64,000 nt of DNA from the NCBI GenBank assembly GCA_965227295.1, contig OZ245742.1, positions 4,064,001-4,128,000 on the forward strand. Direction: 5' to 3'. Below the pieces are notes generated by a model that was given only the letters and a program-made list of their open reading frames with translations, did not search any database and had not been told where the DNA came from. The stretch is from Leptonemataceae bacterium. GTDB lineage: Bacteria; Spirochaetota; Leptospiria; Leptospirales; Leptonemataceae. The translations under genes were made by a program, and so were the position numbers. Below, piece by piece: positions 29,374-39,976 of this stretch (position 1 is its first letter; each line of letters starts with the position of its first letter).

Positions 29374-30102
29374 ATGCGTACACCAGCTTTCACAATTACG
29401 ATCGCCTTGCTTGCTGTGTCATGTGACTATGCTGCTGGAACGCGGGCCTGTGAGCCGCGGTTCGTGACGGCTTCATCGTTGTTGATCCGCACACAGCCCT
29501 CGGCGAACGCGGCGCGCATTGGAGTTCTTCCGGAAGGGGCGCTGGTTCAGACGTGCCGAACCGAAAACAAAGAAACCATCGGCGGACTCACGGATGTCTG
29601 GCACGAGGTGGACGGAGAAAAACAGGGCTTCGTTTTTGGTGCGTATCTTGCGACTCCGTCGGATGAAGTGTATGAGCTACAGGACGGCGCCACTGTTCGC
29701 ATGGTATATGCCGAAGATCGCTTCAGTCGCGTCTACGTCCTCGACGCCACGCAAAAGCCGGTCTGTCGATTTGAGTATGAATACGGTGAACCGATCATGA
29801 TCGTGCCGTCTCCTGCCGGCACATTCGTTTTGATCAGCCCTGGCACCGGCGCGGTGCGATAGATTCAAATCATCGATCCTTTCTCCTGCGCGCTCGTGGT
29901 GGATAAGATCGGCATGCTCGACGTACGGCCGCATTGGGATGGCGAGTCACTTCGCTTTCAAGAAGCGCAAACCGATCGCAACGGTTGCAGGTTAATTGAG
30001 TATCGCTTTGAACGCGGGGTATTGCAGAAGACCGGTAAATGTGATGAATCCTTCAAAAACGATCTACTACGAAGTCTTCAGTCCGGACGGCGCGAGTTGT
30101 GA
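29374..30102 (+). pseudogene. SH3b-domain lipoprotein interrupted by one in-frame TAG (29860-29862)
   Basis: LLAVSC lipobox; SLLIRTQPS...W..V...GFVFGAYL SH3b; the frame continues open after the TAG to 30102. Confidence 0.7.
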
Positions 30103-30284
30103 GTGCGATGGGCCCGGGTTTCTGTGCGAGCCTGCGCTCAGGTGGCACATCATCTTAATAGAATATGCGGAGCAGTTAGCCTTGTTTCAGGCGAAGTGAC
30201 GCCGGCGATTTTCTTCTTGTTTATTCAGGATTACTGTGAAAGATGCTAGGTCTGTCATGCGGGAAGGAGGCTTAGATCTGGCTT

Positions 30285-31469
30285 ATGAATTCATTTCAGG
30301 ATGACTTAAAGGTGCACAAGGCGCTATTTATGCGCGGGGCTTCATGCGCTTTCTTCAAACTCCCCGCGTCGATATCCCGCGCTATCCTTCTTCTCTCGTT
30401 GAGTGCGGCATTCGCCTATTGCGGAGGCTCCCCCGTACGCGAGGACTTCCAGAAAATTCAGCGCATACATTTACTCGGTGTAGCAGTTGTCGGCCCTTCG
30501 TATGTTACAGAGGCCTGGCAACCGCCTGCTGCGCCGGGCGATTTCGGCGGCAGTCGATCCCTCACGCAGATGCAGGATATGGCTACGGGGGGGACCGGTG
30601 GTGATACCGGCTTCGTTGACGGTGAGTTACACATTGATTCTGAAAATTACGGTGCGGTCGGTAATTTTCCCGTAAGTGGCACGTGCAAAGACTGCGACCG
30701 GGCCGCCCGCTACCGCATTTCCTTCGCGGCCGCGAGGGCGGCAGCCGGCACCGCCCTGCAGGATCGCCTCTATGCCAATGCATCGGCTCCATTCGTCGAT
30801 GCCGCCAACAGCCGGAAACTAAACGGCTTTCGAAGTGCCCAGGAGCTTCTCGAAAACGCGTTGGGACCCCGAGTTGACCTGCCCGATCCCCTTGCCGCAC
30901 TCAAAAAATACGAAAGCACCATTCAGTCACCGGCCTTTCGGGAATTCATCGCCGCTCATCCCGAAGACGCTTTTGTCTATGTAATGGTTTTTCTTTCGCC
31001 CCGCCTGATTCCGCAAACCATCAGTACGCAGGGTTCGGAACCGGTCCGCGACCCGGCCACGGGACAGCTAACCGACAAATATATCATGAAAATCGATGTG
31101 AATGTCGGTTGGGATTCCCTGGCCTTAAACGCTCGCACACGACCAGACATGCGCTACGGAAACAAGCCTGACACGAATCTTCTGAATCCGGGCAACCAGG
31201 GTTGCCTGCCCACGATCTTCACGATTCGTGATTTTAGTAGCGAACCAGCGAAATTTGGCGGTAGTTCGGCCAAATTCATTTCGGTAAATTGGTTCGACAT
31301 CGCACGCAAAGATGCTCGCCGGAACGTATTTCGCATTCAGGGATCTGTGCGGGGTGGAGACGCAACGACAGACCGCAATTTACGTGCAAGCCTACAGAAC
31401 GTAATGGGCCCGCTGGGTGATGAATTGGTTATCCGACTCAATGACTACATCGCGGCTGTAAGGAATTAG
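30285..31469 (+). CDS. Hypothetical lipoprotein (start uncertain)
   Basis: 394-aa ORF with LLLSLSAAFAYC lipobox-like segment. Confidence 0.7.
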   Translation: MNSFQDDLKVHKALFMRGASCAFFKLPASISRAILLLSLSAAFAYCGGSPVREDFQKIQRIHLLGVAVVGPSYVTEAWQPPAAPGDFGGSRSLTQMQDMATGGTGGDTGFVDGELHIDSENYGAVGNFPVSGTCKDCDRAARYRISFAAARAAAGTALQDRLYANASAPFVDAANSRKLNGFRSAQELLENALGPRVDLPDPLAALKKYESTIQSPAFREFIAAHPEDAFVYVMVFLSPRLIPQTISTQGSEPVRDPATGQLTDKYIMKIDVNVGWDSLALNARTRPDMRYGNKPDTNLLNPGNQGCLPTIFTIRDFSSEPAKFGGSSAKFISVNWFDIARKDARRNVFRIQGSVRGGDATTDRNLRASLQNVMGPLGDELVIRLNDYIAAVRN

Positions 31470-31486
31470 ACAACCGGCTCGACACC

Positions 31487-32258
31487 TGTCATCGGCTACA
31501 TAGTGTGGAAGACCGGCGGCTGGAAAGAGACCCGGCCGCTTATTGTCGAGCTGATCGTCGATGCCCGCGAGAAACACCCGTCGTGGGTGGCACGTTCAGA
31601 AGGTTTTTGAGCGCGTCTTTCAGGAGTTCGGTATGCCCGATGCCATCCGATCCGATAACGGCTCTCCATTTGCGTCTCGCGGTCTTGCGGGACTCACGCC
31701 GTTTGCCGTGTGGTTGTTGAAGTTAGGGATCAGACTGGAACGGATCGAGCCCGGCAAGCCGTATCAAAACGGTCGCCATGAGCGGATGCATCTCACGTTA
31801 AAGCAGCATACGGCATTGCCGCCGCGGTCATCCTTGAAAGCACAACAGGCTGCCTTCGATGCCTTTCGCGAGGAGTACAACGAAGTGCGGCCGCATCATG
31901 CGCTGGATCTGAAAACGCCAGCGAGTTTGTACTGTGAATCGAATCGGGAGTATCCAGGAAAGCTTCCGCCGGTTGAGTATCCGACAAGCATGGAACCGTT
32001 CGTTGTTTCGGACGAAGGAACCATTCGCTATCTGACATACCGCAACCTGGTTTCTTCGTTACGCGGAGAAACAGTGGGTCTTGAGGAAATCTCCGAAAGG
32101 CACAGACGGATACACTTTGCGAACGCGGTGCTCGGAGTGCTGGATGCATACACCGGAAAATTACTTGCATACAAGAACCCCATGACGATAATACAAGAGA
32201 ACCAGGTGTAACCCATCGTCCCGGTTTGATGTGTTACCAATCAGCCAGTTTATTCACA
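31487..32258 (+). mobile_element. Internally deleted IS481-family element
   Basis: TGT...ACA ends; right end carries two GT(A/T)ACC boxes; C-terminal transposase part retained (IRSDNGSPF, PYQNGRHERMH, YNEVRPH); N-terminus reduced to short patches. Confidence 0.8.
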
Positions 32259-32344
32259 AGACGGTCCGGTCCGGTTAGATAGGTAACAAGACATTCCTGG
32301 CACATAGGTAACAGATTTCAGTCTCGACATCGGAGGAAAATCCG

Positions 32345-33541
32345 ATGCCGTGGAAGGAGTCTAATGTGCAGGAAGAAAGAGTTAAGTTCGTTGCCGCGTG
32401 GAAGACCGGCGGCTGGACGATGACCGATCTCTGCCGGGAATTCGGAATCAGCCGAAAGACCGGATACAAGTACCTCGAACGATACCAGGAAGAGGGCGTG
32501 GACGGCCTGAAATGCAAGTCCCGCGCCCGCAAATTCCATCCGAACGCCACCCGCCCGGAGCTGGTGGAACTCATCATCGATATGCGCCAGCAGCATCCTT
32601 CGTGGGGGCCGCGTAAGTTGCTCGCACGTCTGCGCGGTCGCTATCCGAGAATCAAAGACAGCGACTGGCCGTGTCACTCGACGATCTCAGAAATCCTGAA
32701 ACGCGCGGGCCTTGTGCGCCAGGTGAAGAAGCGCCGCCGTGCTCCGCCGACGTTGTTTCCGTTCGCGCACGTCGGCAATCCGAATGATCTCTGGTGCGCG
32801 GATTTCAAAGGTCATTTCACCGTCGGGAACGGCGAGCGCTGCGATCCCTTAACCATCACTGATGCGCACTCACGCTTTCTGCTGGATTGCCGGGCCGTCA
32901 TGGCCACGAACACAAAGAACGTACAGAAGGTCTTCGAGAAAGTCTTTCAGGAATACGGACTGCCGCGAGCCATCCGCACGGACAACGGCTCACCGTTCGC
33001 AGCAACCGCGCTGGGCGGCCTTAGCAGGCTTTCGGTGTGGTGGTTGAAGCTGGGGATCTCGCTGGAGCGCATAGAGCCCGGGAAACCGCAGCAGAACGGC
33101 CGTCACGAGCGTATGCACCTGACTTTGAAGAAAGAGACCGCATTGCCGCCCATGTCGTCTCTGAGGCGCCAGCAGCAGGAATTTGACCGGTTTCGGGAGG
33201 AATACAACGTGGAACGGCCACATGAGGCACTTTCATACCGTGCGCCGGCAGATGTCTACAAGCGCTCTCGCCGGCGTTTCCCGAAGAAGGTGCCGGAACT
33301 GCACTATCCCACGCACATGGAGTCGACGGTGGTCTCGGACGAAGGCACGATCCGGTATGGGATTCACCGGGTGTTTCTGAGTTCTGCGCTCCGGGGCGAG
33401 CGGATCGGGCTGGAGGAAATCGATGAGCGGCACCGGCGGATTAATTTTGCCCACGCCGTGCTGGGGGTGCTGGACGTGTATACTGGAAAAGTCTTGAAGT
33501 ATGATTCGCCGAAGTACGCGCGGGTGGCTTTAGAGAAATAG
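32345..33541 (+). CDS. IS481-family transposase
   Basis: MPWKE, LCREFGISRKTGYKY HTH, WGPRKL, WCADFKG, RTDNG.PF, QNGRHERMH (DDE). Confidence 0.96.
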   Translation: MPWKESNVQEERVKFVAAWKTGGWTMTDLCREFGISRKTGYKYLERYQEEGVDGLKCKSRARKFHPNATRPELVELIIDMRQQHPSWGPRKLLARLRGRYPRIKDSDWPCHSTISEILKRAGLVRQVKKRRRAPPTLFPFAHVGNPNDLWCADFKGHFTVGNGERCDPLTITDAHSRFLLDCRAVMATNTKNVQKVFEKVFQEYGLPRAIRTDNGSPFAATALGGLSRLSVWWLKLGISLERIEPGKPQQNGRHERMHLTLKKETALPPMSSLRRQQQEFDRFREEYNVERPHEALSYRAPADVYKRSRRRFPKKVPELHYPTHMESTVVSDEGTIRYGIHRVFLSSALRGERIGLEEIDERHRRINFAHAVLGVLDVYTGKVLKYDSPKYARVALEK

Positions 33542-33568
33542 GATCTTTCGTATTATACCTTACTAAAC

Positions 33569-33595
33569 AATTCAGCCGGAACAAGCGGCTGAATT
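33569..33595. terminator. 10-bp stem-loop between transposase and passenger gene
   Basis: aattcagccg-gaacaag-cggctgaatt. Confidence 0.45.
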
Positions 33596-33615
33596 CAAAC
33601 GAAAGGAAGCTTTAA

Positions 33616-33885
33616 ATGAAAAAGTACCAACCTATATTTCCGACCGTTACGGTCTTGCTGTCGCTGGATGCTCCGGGAGACAATTCGAGCATCGTAAGGC
33701 GAGTTCTTGAAGATCAAGGCTGGACGCACACAGGTGTTGAATCGACCTACGAAAGTCGATTATACTCGGAACGCGTTGGCGAGGAAGTAAATCGTCATCT
33801 CGATCTGGCCGGAAAAGAACTTGGCCGGAAGATAGTCGATGCCGTCTGGCTACAATCTGATAGTGCGATCATTCGGCGAAGGTAA
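33616..33885 (+). CDS. Small passenger protein, Cas2/VapD-like ferredoxin-fold candidate
   Basis: AAGGA RBS; VLLSLD-helix-GW-xxxx-VESTYE pattern. Confidence 0.6.
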   Translation: MKKYQPIFPTVTVLLSLDAPGDNSSIVRRVLEDQGWTHTGVESTYESRLYSERVGEEVNRHLDLAGKELGRKIVDAVWLQSDSAIIRRR

Positions 33886-33896
33886 GGACTTTGCGA

Positions 33897-33927
33897 GCCG
33901 CAGGTCCCGGGCTACGGGGCCTGCGGC
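33897..33927. terminator. GC-rich hairpin after the passenger gene
   Basis: gccgcaggtccc-gggctac-ggggcctgcggc. Confidence 0.5.
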
Positions 33928-34107
33928 CGTATCCGAAGATCCTCAAGCACAAGAAAGTACTCAGTAAACGCTTCCAATCATGCCGAAGAATGGAATAAGT
34001 AACAGTACGGATCTGTCACCCATGTGACCGGACAGAAGTGTTACCTATGTACCCGACCATACAAAACGGTCCCCACCCCGTGTGACATAAGATAGATTAT
34101 CGGAAGT

Positions 34108-36459
34108 GTGCGACACGAAGTCGCTATCCTGAAGTTCAGGAGACTAAAGTAGAACAAAAGAAGGTTAACCTGATGGCCCAGTGGCGGGCATCATTCCCAA
34201 CCGGCACATGCGAACCCCGGCAACGGATCGTGTGAAGCTGCTGGTAGATCGTAATGGACGTTCCGAACCCCCGGAACCCCTGCGAGCGGGAAAGTCGAAA
34301 ATGGCGAACGAAAGTGAATCTGATCAGCTCCGTTATAATGACCTCGCAATTCGGGGGAATCGGCGAGCTTGCAGACCCGGGAACCCGCGATGCTACCACG
34401 CGGACGCAGCCTCCCCATAGTGTCTGCCGGAGTAAGTGCAGGCGCCTGCCCTCGACGTATCTTCGGATAGTGAAACGTGGTAAGCCCGATGAAGTCCCGT
34501 GCCCTCACGTGCGGGTAAGTCGATCGCAAGAAAGGCCGAACTCTTCAGCGGGTAAAGGATCACCGAAAAAGCAAACGTCCGCAGGTCGAAAGGCCACGGG
34601 AACCCATAACCGGCGGAATAGATCATCTGATCGAGTTGAAAGACTGCTGACTTCGGTGTGGTGGTTCACTGAGTGCATCTGTGAGGCCGACTAAGGATAG
34701 TCGAGTTTTGACGCTGTGAACAACAGTGAAAACAGAATATCCGCGACCGTTTGGAATTCCGTCGATTGGCGGAAGACCGAACGAGAAGTGCGTCGTCTGA
34801 GGCAGAGAATCTACAGAGCCGAAAAATCAGGGAACGCGCGCAAGGTTCGTTCCCTGCAAAAGCTCATGCTGCGAAGCCATTCGAACCGGCTGCTGTCGGT
34901 CAGGCGGGTGACGCAGCATAATCGAGGAAAGAATACGCCGGGCGTCGATAAGCTTCTGGTGAAGACGCCCACACAACGGGCCCGACTGGTTGACTCTTTG
35001 GCTTCTCTGGAGCCATGGAAGCCGGTCCCCGTTCGCAGGGTTTACATTCCGAAGGCGAACGGCAAACGACGACCTCTGGGAATTCCGGTGATACGTGACC
35101 GCGCGCTCCAGGCCGTGGTCAAAAACGCACTGGAGCCCCAATGGGAGGCCCGGTTTGAAGCCTGTTCGTACGGCTTTCGGCCGGGGCGACGTGCTCACGA
35201 TGCCATCACTTTGATTTCCAGACGAATTGCGCGCAGAGCGCACAAACCCTGGGTCATCGATGCGGACATCGAGAGTGCATTTGATCGCATCTCCCATGAT
35301 TTTCTTCTAAAGAAGATTGGAGGTTTTCCGGCACGCGAGCTGGTCAAACAATGGCTCAAAGCCGGAGTCGTCGAAGCGGACGGTCTGCTTGTTCCCACGG
35401 GTGAAGGCACTCCCCAGGGCGGCGTAATCTCGCCCCTGCTCGCCAACATTGCGCTGGACGGCATGGAAGACCTGATTCCGGCCGGACGTCTGGTACGCTA
35501 CGCGGACGATCTAATCGTCTTCTGCAAAACGAGAGCCGAGGCCGAAGCCATCGAAGACATGATGCAATCATGGCTCGGGAAGCGCGGTCTACGGCTCTCG
35601 CCGGAGAAAACACGCATTACGCATGTGACCGAAGGATTCGACTTCTTGGGCTTCCATGTGAGGGTGTTGAGAACTCCGGCCCGCAAACGCAGAAAGGCGA
35701 CGCTGACTCCCGATGTTCGCGACGAATACAAGGTCCGGATCTGGCCCGCGAAAAAAGGCCAACTGGCCTTACGCGGTAAGGTTCGCTCCATTGTTCGTCA
35801 GCATCGGGCCGCTCCCCAGGCGGCGCTGGTTCGAAATCTGACGCCGGTACTTCGCGGCTGGGCCAACTACTACAAGTACTGCTCGGCTACAAAGACCTTC
35901 GCGAAACTGGACCACTACACATGGTGGCTCCTGTGGCGCTGGGCTCTGCACCGACATCCGAAGAAAGGCCGGCGCTGGCTCAAGAAGAGATACTGGGGTC
36001 AATATGCGAAAGGCCGACGGGATCACTGGGTCTTTGGGGAACCGACAGAAAGCGGCTTCGTTCACCTCGCCAAACTGGCCTGGACGAATATCGAACGATA
36101 CCAGATGGTGAAAGGAGACTCCTCCCCCGATGACCCGGATCTGGTTTCGTACTGGGAAGATCGTCGACGCCAGGGTGCTAAAAACCTGCGAGCGTATTTT
36201 AAGATCCTCTATATTCTGCAAAAGGGCCTCTGCCCGCACTGCGGCGGAGAACTGGACAACGGTGAGGAACTTCACCGGCATCACAAGAATCCGCGCTCAG
36301 CAGGCGGAGAAGATGTCTTGCAGAATCTGGAGCTTGTGCACCTGATGTGTCATCAGCAGGTGCATTCAAAGGCGCGAACTGCTTGAGCCGTATGCGGGGA
36401 AACTCGCACGTACGGTTCTTAGAGGGGGTTGGCCCGGAAACGGGCTGACCCTACTCGAC
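34108..36459 (+). mobile_element. Complete group II intron (IIB/chloroplast-like IEP class)
   Basis: 5' GTGCG at 34108; domain V GAGCCGTATGCGGGGAAACTCGCACGTACGGTTC; domain VI with bulged A; ends CTACTCGAC. Confidence 0.93.
34716..36386 (+). CDS. ltrA: Group II intron reverse transcriptase/maturase with HNH endonuclease
   Basis: [74 protein letters not shown]. Confidence 0.97.
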   Translation: MNNSENRISATVWNSVDWRKTEREVRRLRQRIYRAEKSGNARKVRSLQKLMLRSHSNRLLSVRRVTQHNRGKNTPGVDKLLVKTPTQRARLVDSLASLEPWKPVPVRRVYIPKANGKRRPLGIPVIRDRALQAVVKNALEPQWEARFEACSYGFRPGRRAHDAITLISRRIARRAHKPWVIDADIESAFDRISHDFLLKKIGGFPARELVKQWLKAGVVEADGLLVPTGEGTPQGGVISPLLANIALDGMEDLIPAGRLVRYADDLIVFCKTRAEAEAIEDMMQSWLGKRGLRLSPEKTRITHVTEGFDFLGFHVRVLRTPARKRRKATLTPDVRDEYKVRIWPAKKGQLALRGKVRSIVRQHRAAPQAALVRNLTPVLRGWANYYKYCSATKTFAKLDHYTWWLLWRWALHRHPKKGRRWLKKRYWGQYAKGRRDHWVFGEPTESGFVHLAKLAWTNIERYQMVKGDSSPDDPDLVSYWEDRRRQGAKNLRAYFKILYILQKGLCPHCGGELDNGEELHRHHKNPRSAGGEDVLQNLELVHLMCHQQVHSKARTA

Positions 36460-36465
36460 CACATT

Positions 36466-37262
36466 TTGCCTCATGATAAAAAGTACTCGTAATCAGCGCT
36501 GTTGCCTCAACTAAATATGTACTCCTGCTATTCCTGATGGAATGGGACTTCCGCATGGGAACCTCCGGAGTACACGATGAGGCTGACCATGAACGAACGA
36601 CGTACCCTGACGAAGGTGTTCGCCGACCGGTACCGTAAGGCCGGGAAAAAAGACAAGATTCTGCTGCTCAATGAGTTTGTCGTACTGACCGGCTACAATC
36701 GCAGCTACGCCACCCGCGCGCTCAGAGACTTCAAGCCCGTGCGCGCCGTTCGTAAGAAACGACCCTCGCGTGTCGTCTATGACTCCGACGTGCGGCTGGC
36801 ACTGGAGAAGATCTGGACAGTGCTCGATTATGTCTGCGGCAAACGCCTTGTGGCCGTTTTACCCGAGGTACTCGAAAAGCTGATCGCCCTCGATGAGATC
36901 AAAGTCTCGCGCGATGTGAAAGCAAAGCTCGTGCGTATCTCTGCGGCCACCGCCGACCGCCTGCTTGCCGGCGCCCGGGATCGGCTCGGCCCCTGCCGTG
37001 ATTCGCCGCAACGTCGGCTACTTTCGCTACGAAGAGGCCCACCGGAAAATCCTCGCCGAACTTTATGACAACCTGAACCTGTATGCGAATTTCTTTCAGC
37101 CGATTATGATGCCAACGGTGAGCAATACCGCCCCCGGCCGCCGGGCGCCTCGACGATACCACGAAGGCCGCGAACACTTTCATGGACCGCGTGCGACTGC
37201 AGCGGCTGAAGAGCGACATGCAAAAACTCTGGGATCGCCGCGCCGCGGCTGACCTTTCGAGT
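36466..37262 (+). pseudogene. Eroded transposase/integrase element (ISNCY-like) lacking its catalytic core
   Basis: N-terminus MRLTMNERR..RYRKAGKKDK..TGYNRSYA..CGKRL..ISAATADRLL; frameshifted C-terminal patch VGYFRYE..LNLYANFFQP; two ttgcctca..gtactc end boxes at 36466 and 36502. Confidence 0.75.
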
Positions 37263-37343
37263 GTGCGACACGAAGTCGCTATCCTTTGGCCCGGTGGCGG
37301 GCATCATTCCCAACCGGCACATGCGAACTCCGGCAACGGATCG
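37263..37343 (+). mobile_element. 5' fragment of the same group II intron
   Basis: gtgcgacacgaagtcgctatcct is identical to 34108-34130; the rest nearly matches 34174-34230 after a ~40-nt internal gap. Confidence 0.9.
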
Positions 37344-37666
37344 ATCCGATACCGGCGACATCAGCTCGATGACGCAGGATATTTCAGGGGCCATCATAAA
37401 TTGATGGAGGCGCCTCGGCTTTCCCACCGCGGGTGGTACGAGACTGCGCTTCGAAGTCAGCCTCATGTCTTCCGACGCGAAACTCCGGCCGCTGCTAACG
37501 CTCAACAATCTACACCTTTCGCTCAAAGATATCGCGGATCCCTCTCCCGGGTTGATTTTCCCGCGGCTTTGCCAAAAAAAACTTGCTCGCAGCCCCGAGT
37601 TCACAGCCTGCTCATCCCTCCGAAAACGCCACGTTTCGGCCGCGGCAGCGCGCTAACTGTATTCTA

Positions 37667-38695
37667 ATGAAAGACCAACTCATATGCATCACCGGCGGCG
37701 GCGGCTTCATCGGTGGTCATTTGATCGCCGATCTCCGGCGCGCGGGCTTCCGTCGCATCCGGGCCGTGGACTGTAAGCCCCTGGAGTCCTGGCACCAGAG
37801 ATTCGACGATGTCGAGAACCTGGTCCTGGACCTGATGCAACCCGGGCAATGTTCTCGGGCCGCCCGGGACGCGTTCAGCATTTACAACCTGGCGTCGGAC
37901 ATGGGCGGCATGGGTTTCATTGAAAACAACCGGGCCCTGTGCATGCTCTCGGTAATGATCAACACCCGGATGCTTACGGCGGCGCGAGAAGCCGGCACCG
38001 CGAACTACTTTTTCTCTTCTTCCGCCTGCGTCTACAGCGCGGAAAAACAGGCCTCGCCGGAAGTTACGGCCCTGAAAGAATCGGACGCCTACCCGGCCAT
38101 GCCCGAGGACGGCTACGGCTGGGAGAAACTATTTTCGGAGCGCATGTGCCGCCACTTCCGCGAAGACTTCGGCCTGTCCACACGCATCGCGCGTTATCAC
38201 AACGTCTATGGTCCGCTCGGTACCTTCGAAGGCGGACGGGAGAAGGTCCCCGCGGCCATGTGTCGTAAGATTATCGCGGCAAAACTCAGCGGCCACCAGC
38301 AGATCGAAATCTGGGGCGACGGTTCCCAGACCCGGAGCTTCACCTTTGTGGACGACTGCGTCATCGGCACCCGTAAGATCATGGAATCTGATGTTACGGA
38401 GCCGCTGAACCTCGGTTCCAGCCGGCTCGTGAGCATCAACCAGCTCGTGGACATAATCGAAGACATCGCGGGGGTGCGACTTAAGCGCATTTACAAACCG
38501 GACGCGCCGCGGGGAGTGGCCGGCCGGAACAGCGACAACACGCTCATCCGGGAACGCCTGGGCTGGGAGCCCTCTATCTCCCTGGCCGACGGCCTGGAGC
38601 GAACCTACGCCTGGATTTACGATCAAATGCGCGACCGCTATCCCGGGCGATCGGCTGCCCCGGTGAAGGCGAGCGGAGCCCGGCGCCCGGCTTAA
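37667..38695 (+). CDS. NAD-dependent epimerase, GDP-mannose 3,5-epimerase-like
   Basis: TGGGGFIG, LASDMGGMGFI, SSSACVY, YGWEKLFSE, GREKVPAAMCRK, GRNSDNT. Confidence 0.88.
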   Translation: MKDQLICITGGGGFIGGHLIADLRRAGFRRIRAVDCKPLESWHQRFDDVENLVLDLMQPGQCSRAARDAFSIYNLASDMGGMGFIENNRALCMLSVMINTRMLTAAREAGTANYFFSSSACVYSAEKQASPEVTALKESDAYPAMPEDGYGWEKLFSERMCRHFREDFGLSTRIARYHNVYGPLGTFEGGREKVPAAMCRKIIAAKLSGHQQIEIWGDGSQTRSFTFVDDCVIGTRKIMESDVTEPLNLGSSRLVSINQLVDIIEDIAGVRLKRIYKPDAPRGVAGRNSDNTLIRERLGWEPSISLADGLERTYAWIYDQMRDRYPGRSAAPVKASGARRPA

Positions 38696-39976
38696 ATGAG
38701 AATCGTAAAGGTCAGCGAGTTCTACGCGTCCATCGGGCAGAGTACGGACTGCTTTTATTCCTTCTTTTATCTGGACCAAACGCTCTTTTCCGTTCACCGC
38801 CGGCACCGGCTGTTTTCATACCACAATTGGCCGCGCAGCCAATCCGAGAACCTGAGCCAGATCGTACTCACCGGGTACGCGAACAAAGACCCCGGGAAAA
38901 TCGAGTCCGAAGAAGTGCTATGCGACGGGAACGATCCGCGCGTTGTCTCCAATGGAAGCGAGGCCTTCGTGCTTTCCGAGGGCGCGGTGCATTCCGGTGT
39001 GGATTTTACCTTAACCAGGCTACCCTCCCGTGAACAAACCCGACTAAAGCGAGGCCCCGGCGTGCCTCCCGGTAAAAACTGGCAGCCCTTTCTGCGGGAC
39101 GGCCGGTTGTGTGTGGTGGACAGCATTGCCCCGTTCCGAACAAAGCAGATAAACATCACTTCGGGAGAAGTTACGCGCAGTCAGGAGTGGCCCCTGGATC
39201 TTGACCTGCCGGCGGCCCACGACGACTATCCCATTCTGCGCGGCGGTTCGAACGCGATTCTGCACGAGGACACCCTGTACGGCTGGGGTCACGCCACCGT
39301 CCGGCCGTACATGCACCAGCCGTACATCTGGAAGCTGAGCGATGCGGGCCCCACGGTCAGTTTTCTGAATCTACACGGGATGTTCCGCGATCGGGGCTAC
39401 AGCATCGTCGACCCCACCTCGTTCTTCGAATGGGACGCCGATCATTTCGCCCTGGGCCTGTCCTGTTCCCAACGGGACTGGTTTCATCCCCAGTGGTTTC
39501 TCAACGTTCTGGTGCTCATCGAGAAACATGTGTTCTTTCGTACCACGCCTTTCGCTCTGAACTGCGACACGCTGCGAAGTTCCATCATCTTCCACGCCGA
39601 CGACCTGGACAGTCTCATCGATTCCGTGTCTCAGAACGGCGGCATCTCTAACAACGGTCACAAGGGCTGCCTGGTTTGCGGCCCCAGCCGGACCATTGAT
39701 CTCAGCAAACGCTGGGCCATTGAACTTTGCTACTCCAGTATGGCGGCGACGTCGAAACGAGTCGGAGATTTCGATGTCCTCTTAAACATAGACGGGGTTG
39801 ACAGGATTGTCGCGAGCACGCACATCTTCGGCACGGTCGGCGAGTCGCAACGAGTGCGCCTTACCTTCGACCTCAGACATGCGGCCGGGTCGGCTCTGAT
39901 TCAAACGCGAGTATTCACCCGGCGCCGGTCGGCCGTCACCGCCTACTTTTTCGAACTCATCCATGAAAACCAATAA
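38696..39976 (+). CDS. Beta-propeller glycan enzyme candidate (GT91/GH130-like) with C-terminal CBM-like domain
   Basis: NDPRV, GKNWQPF, LRGGSN, DPTS; paralog of 45098-46609. Confidence 0.6.
   Translation: MRIVKVSEFYASIGQSTDCFYSFFYLDQTLFSVHRRHRLFSYHNWPRSQSENLSQIVLTGYANKDPGKIESEEVLCDGNDPRVVSNGSEAFVLSEGAVHSGVDFTLTRLPSREQTRLKRGPGVPPGKNWQPFLRDGRLCVVDSIAPFRTKQINITSGEVTRSQEWPLDLDLPAAHDDYPILRGGSNAILHEDTLYGWGHATVRPYMHQPYIWKLSDAGPTVSFLNLHGMFRDRGYSIVDPTSFFEWDADHFALGLSCSQRDWFHPQWFLNVLVLIEKHVFFRTTPFALNCDTLRSSIIFHADDLDSLIDSVSQNGGISNNGHKGCLVCGPSRTIDLSKRWAIELCYSSMAATSKRVGDFDVLLNIDGVDRIVASTHIFGTVGESQRVRLTFDLRHAAGSALIQTRVFTRRRSAVTAYFFELIHENQ

Larger units (their letters stand above)
32263..34063 (+). mobile_element. 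IS481-family element with a passenger gene
   Basis: Left end ggtccggtccggttagataggtaaca..cacataggtaacagat is an imperfect inverted repeat of right end atctgtcacccatgtg..tgttacctatgtacccgaccataca. Confidence 0.8.

Noticed and set aside
33541..34107. CRISPR array beside the Cas2-like ORF
   Set aside because: No regularly spaced direct repeats; only two unrelated hairpins and IS end boxes
28150..36386. Diversity-generating retroelement (RT near a lectin-like DUF1554 domain)
   Set aside because: The RT sits inside a complete group II intron and has maturase and HNH domains; I found no template/variable repeat pair differing at adenines
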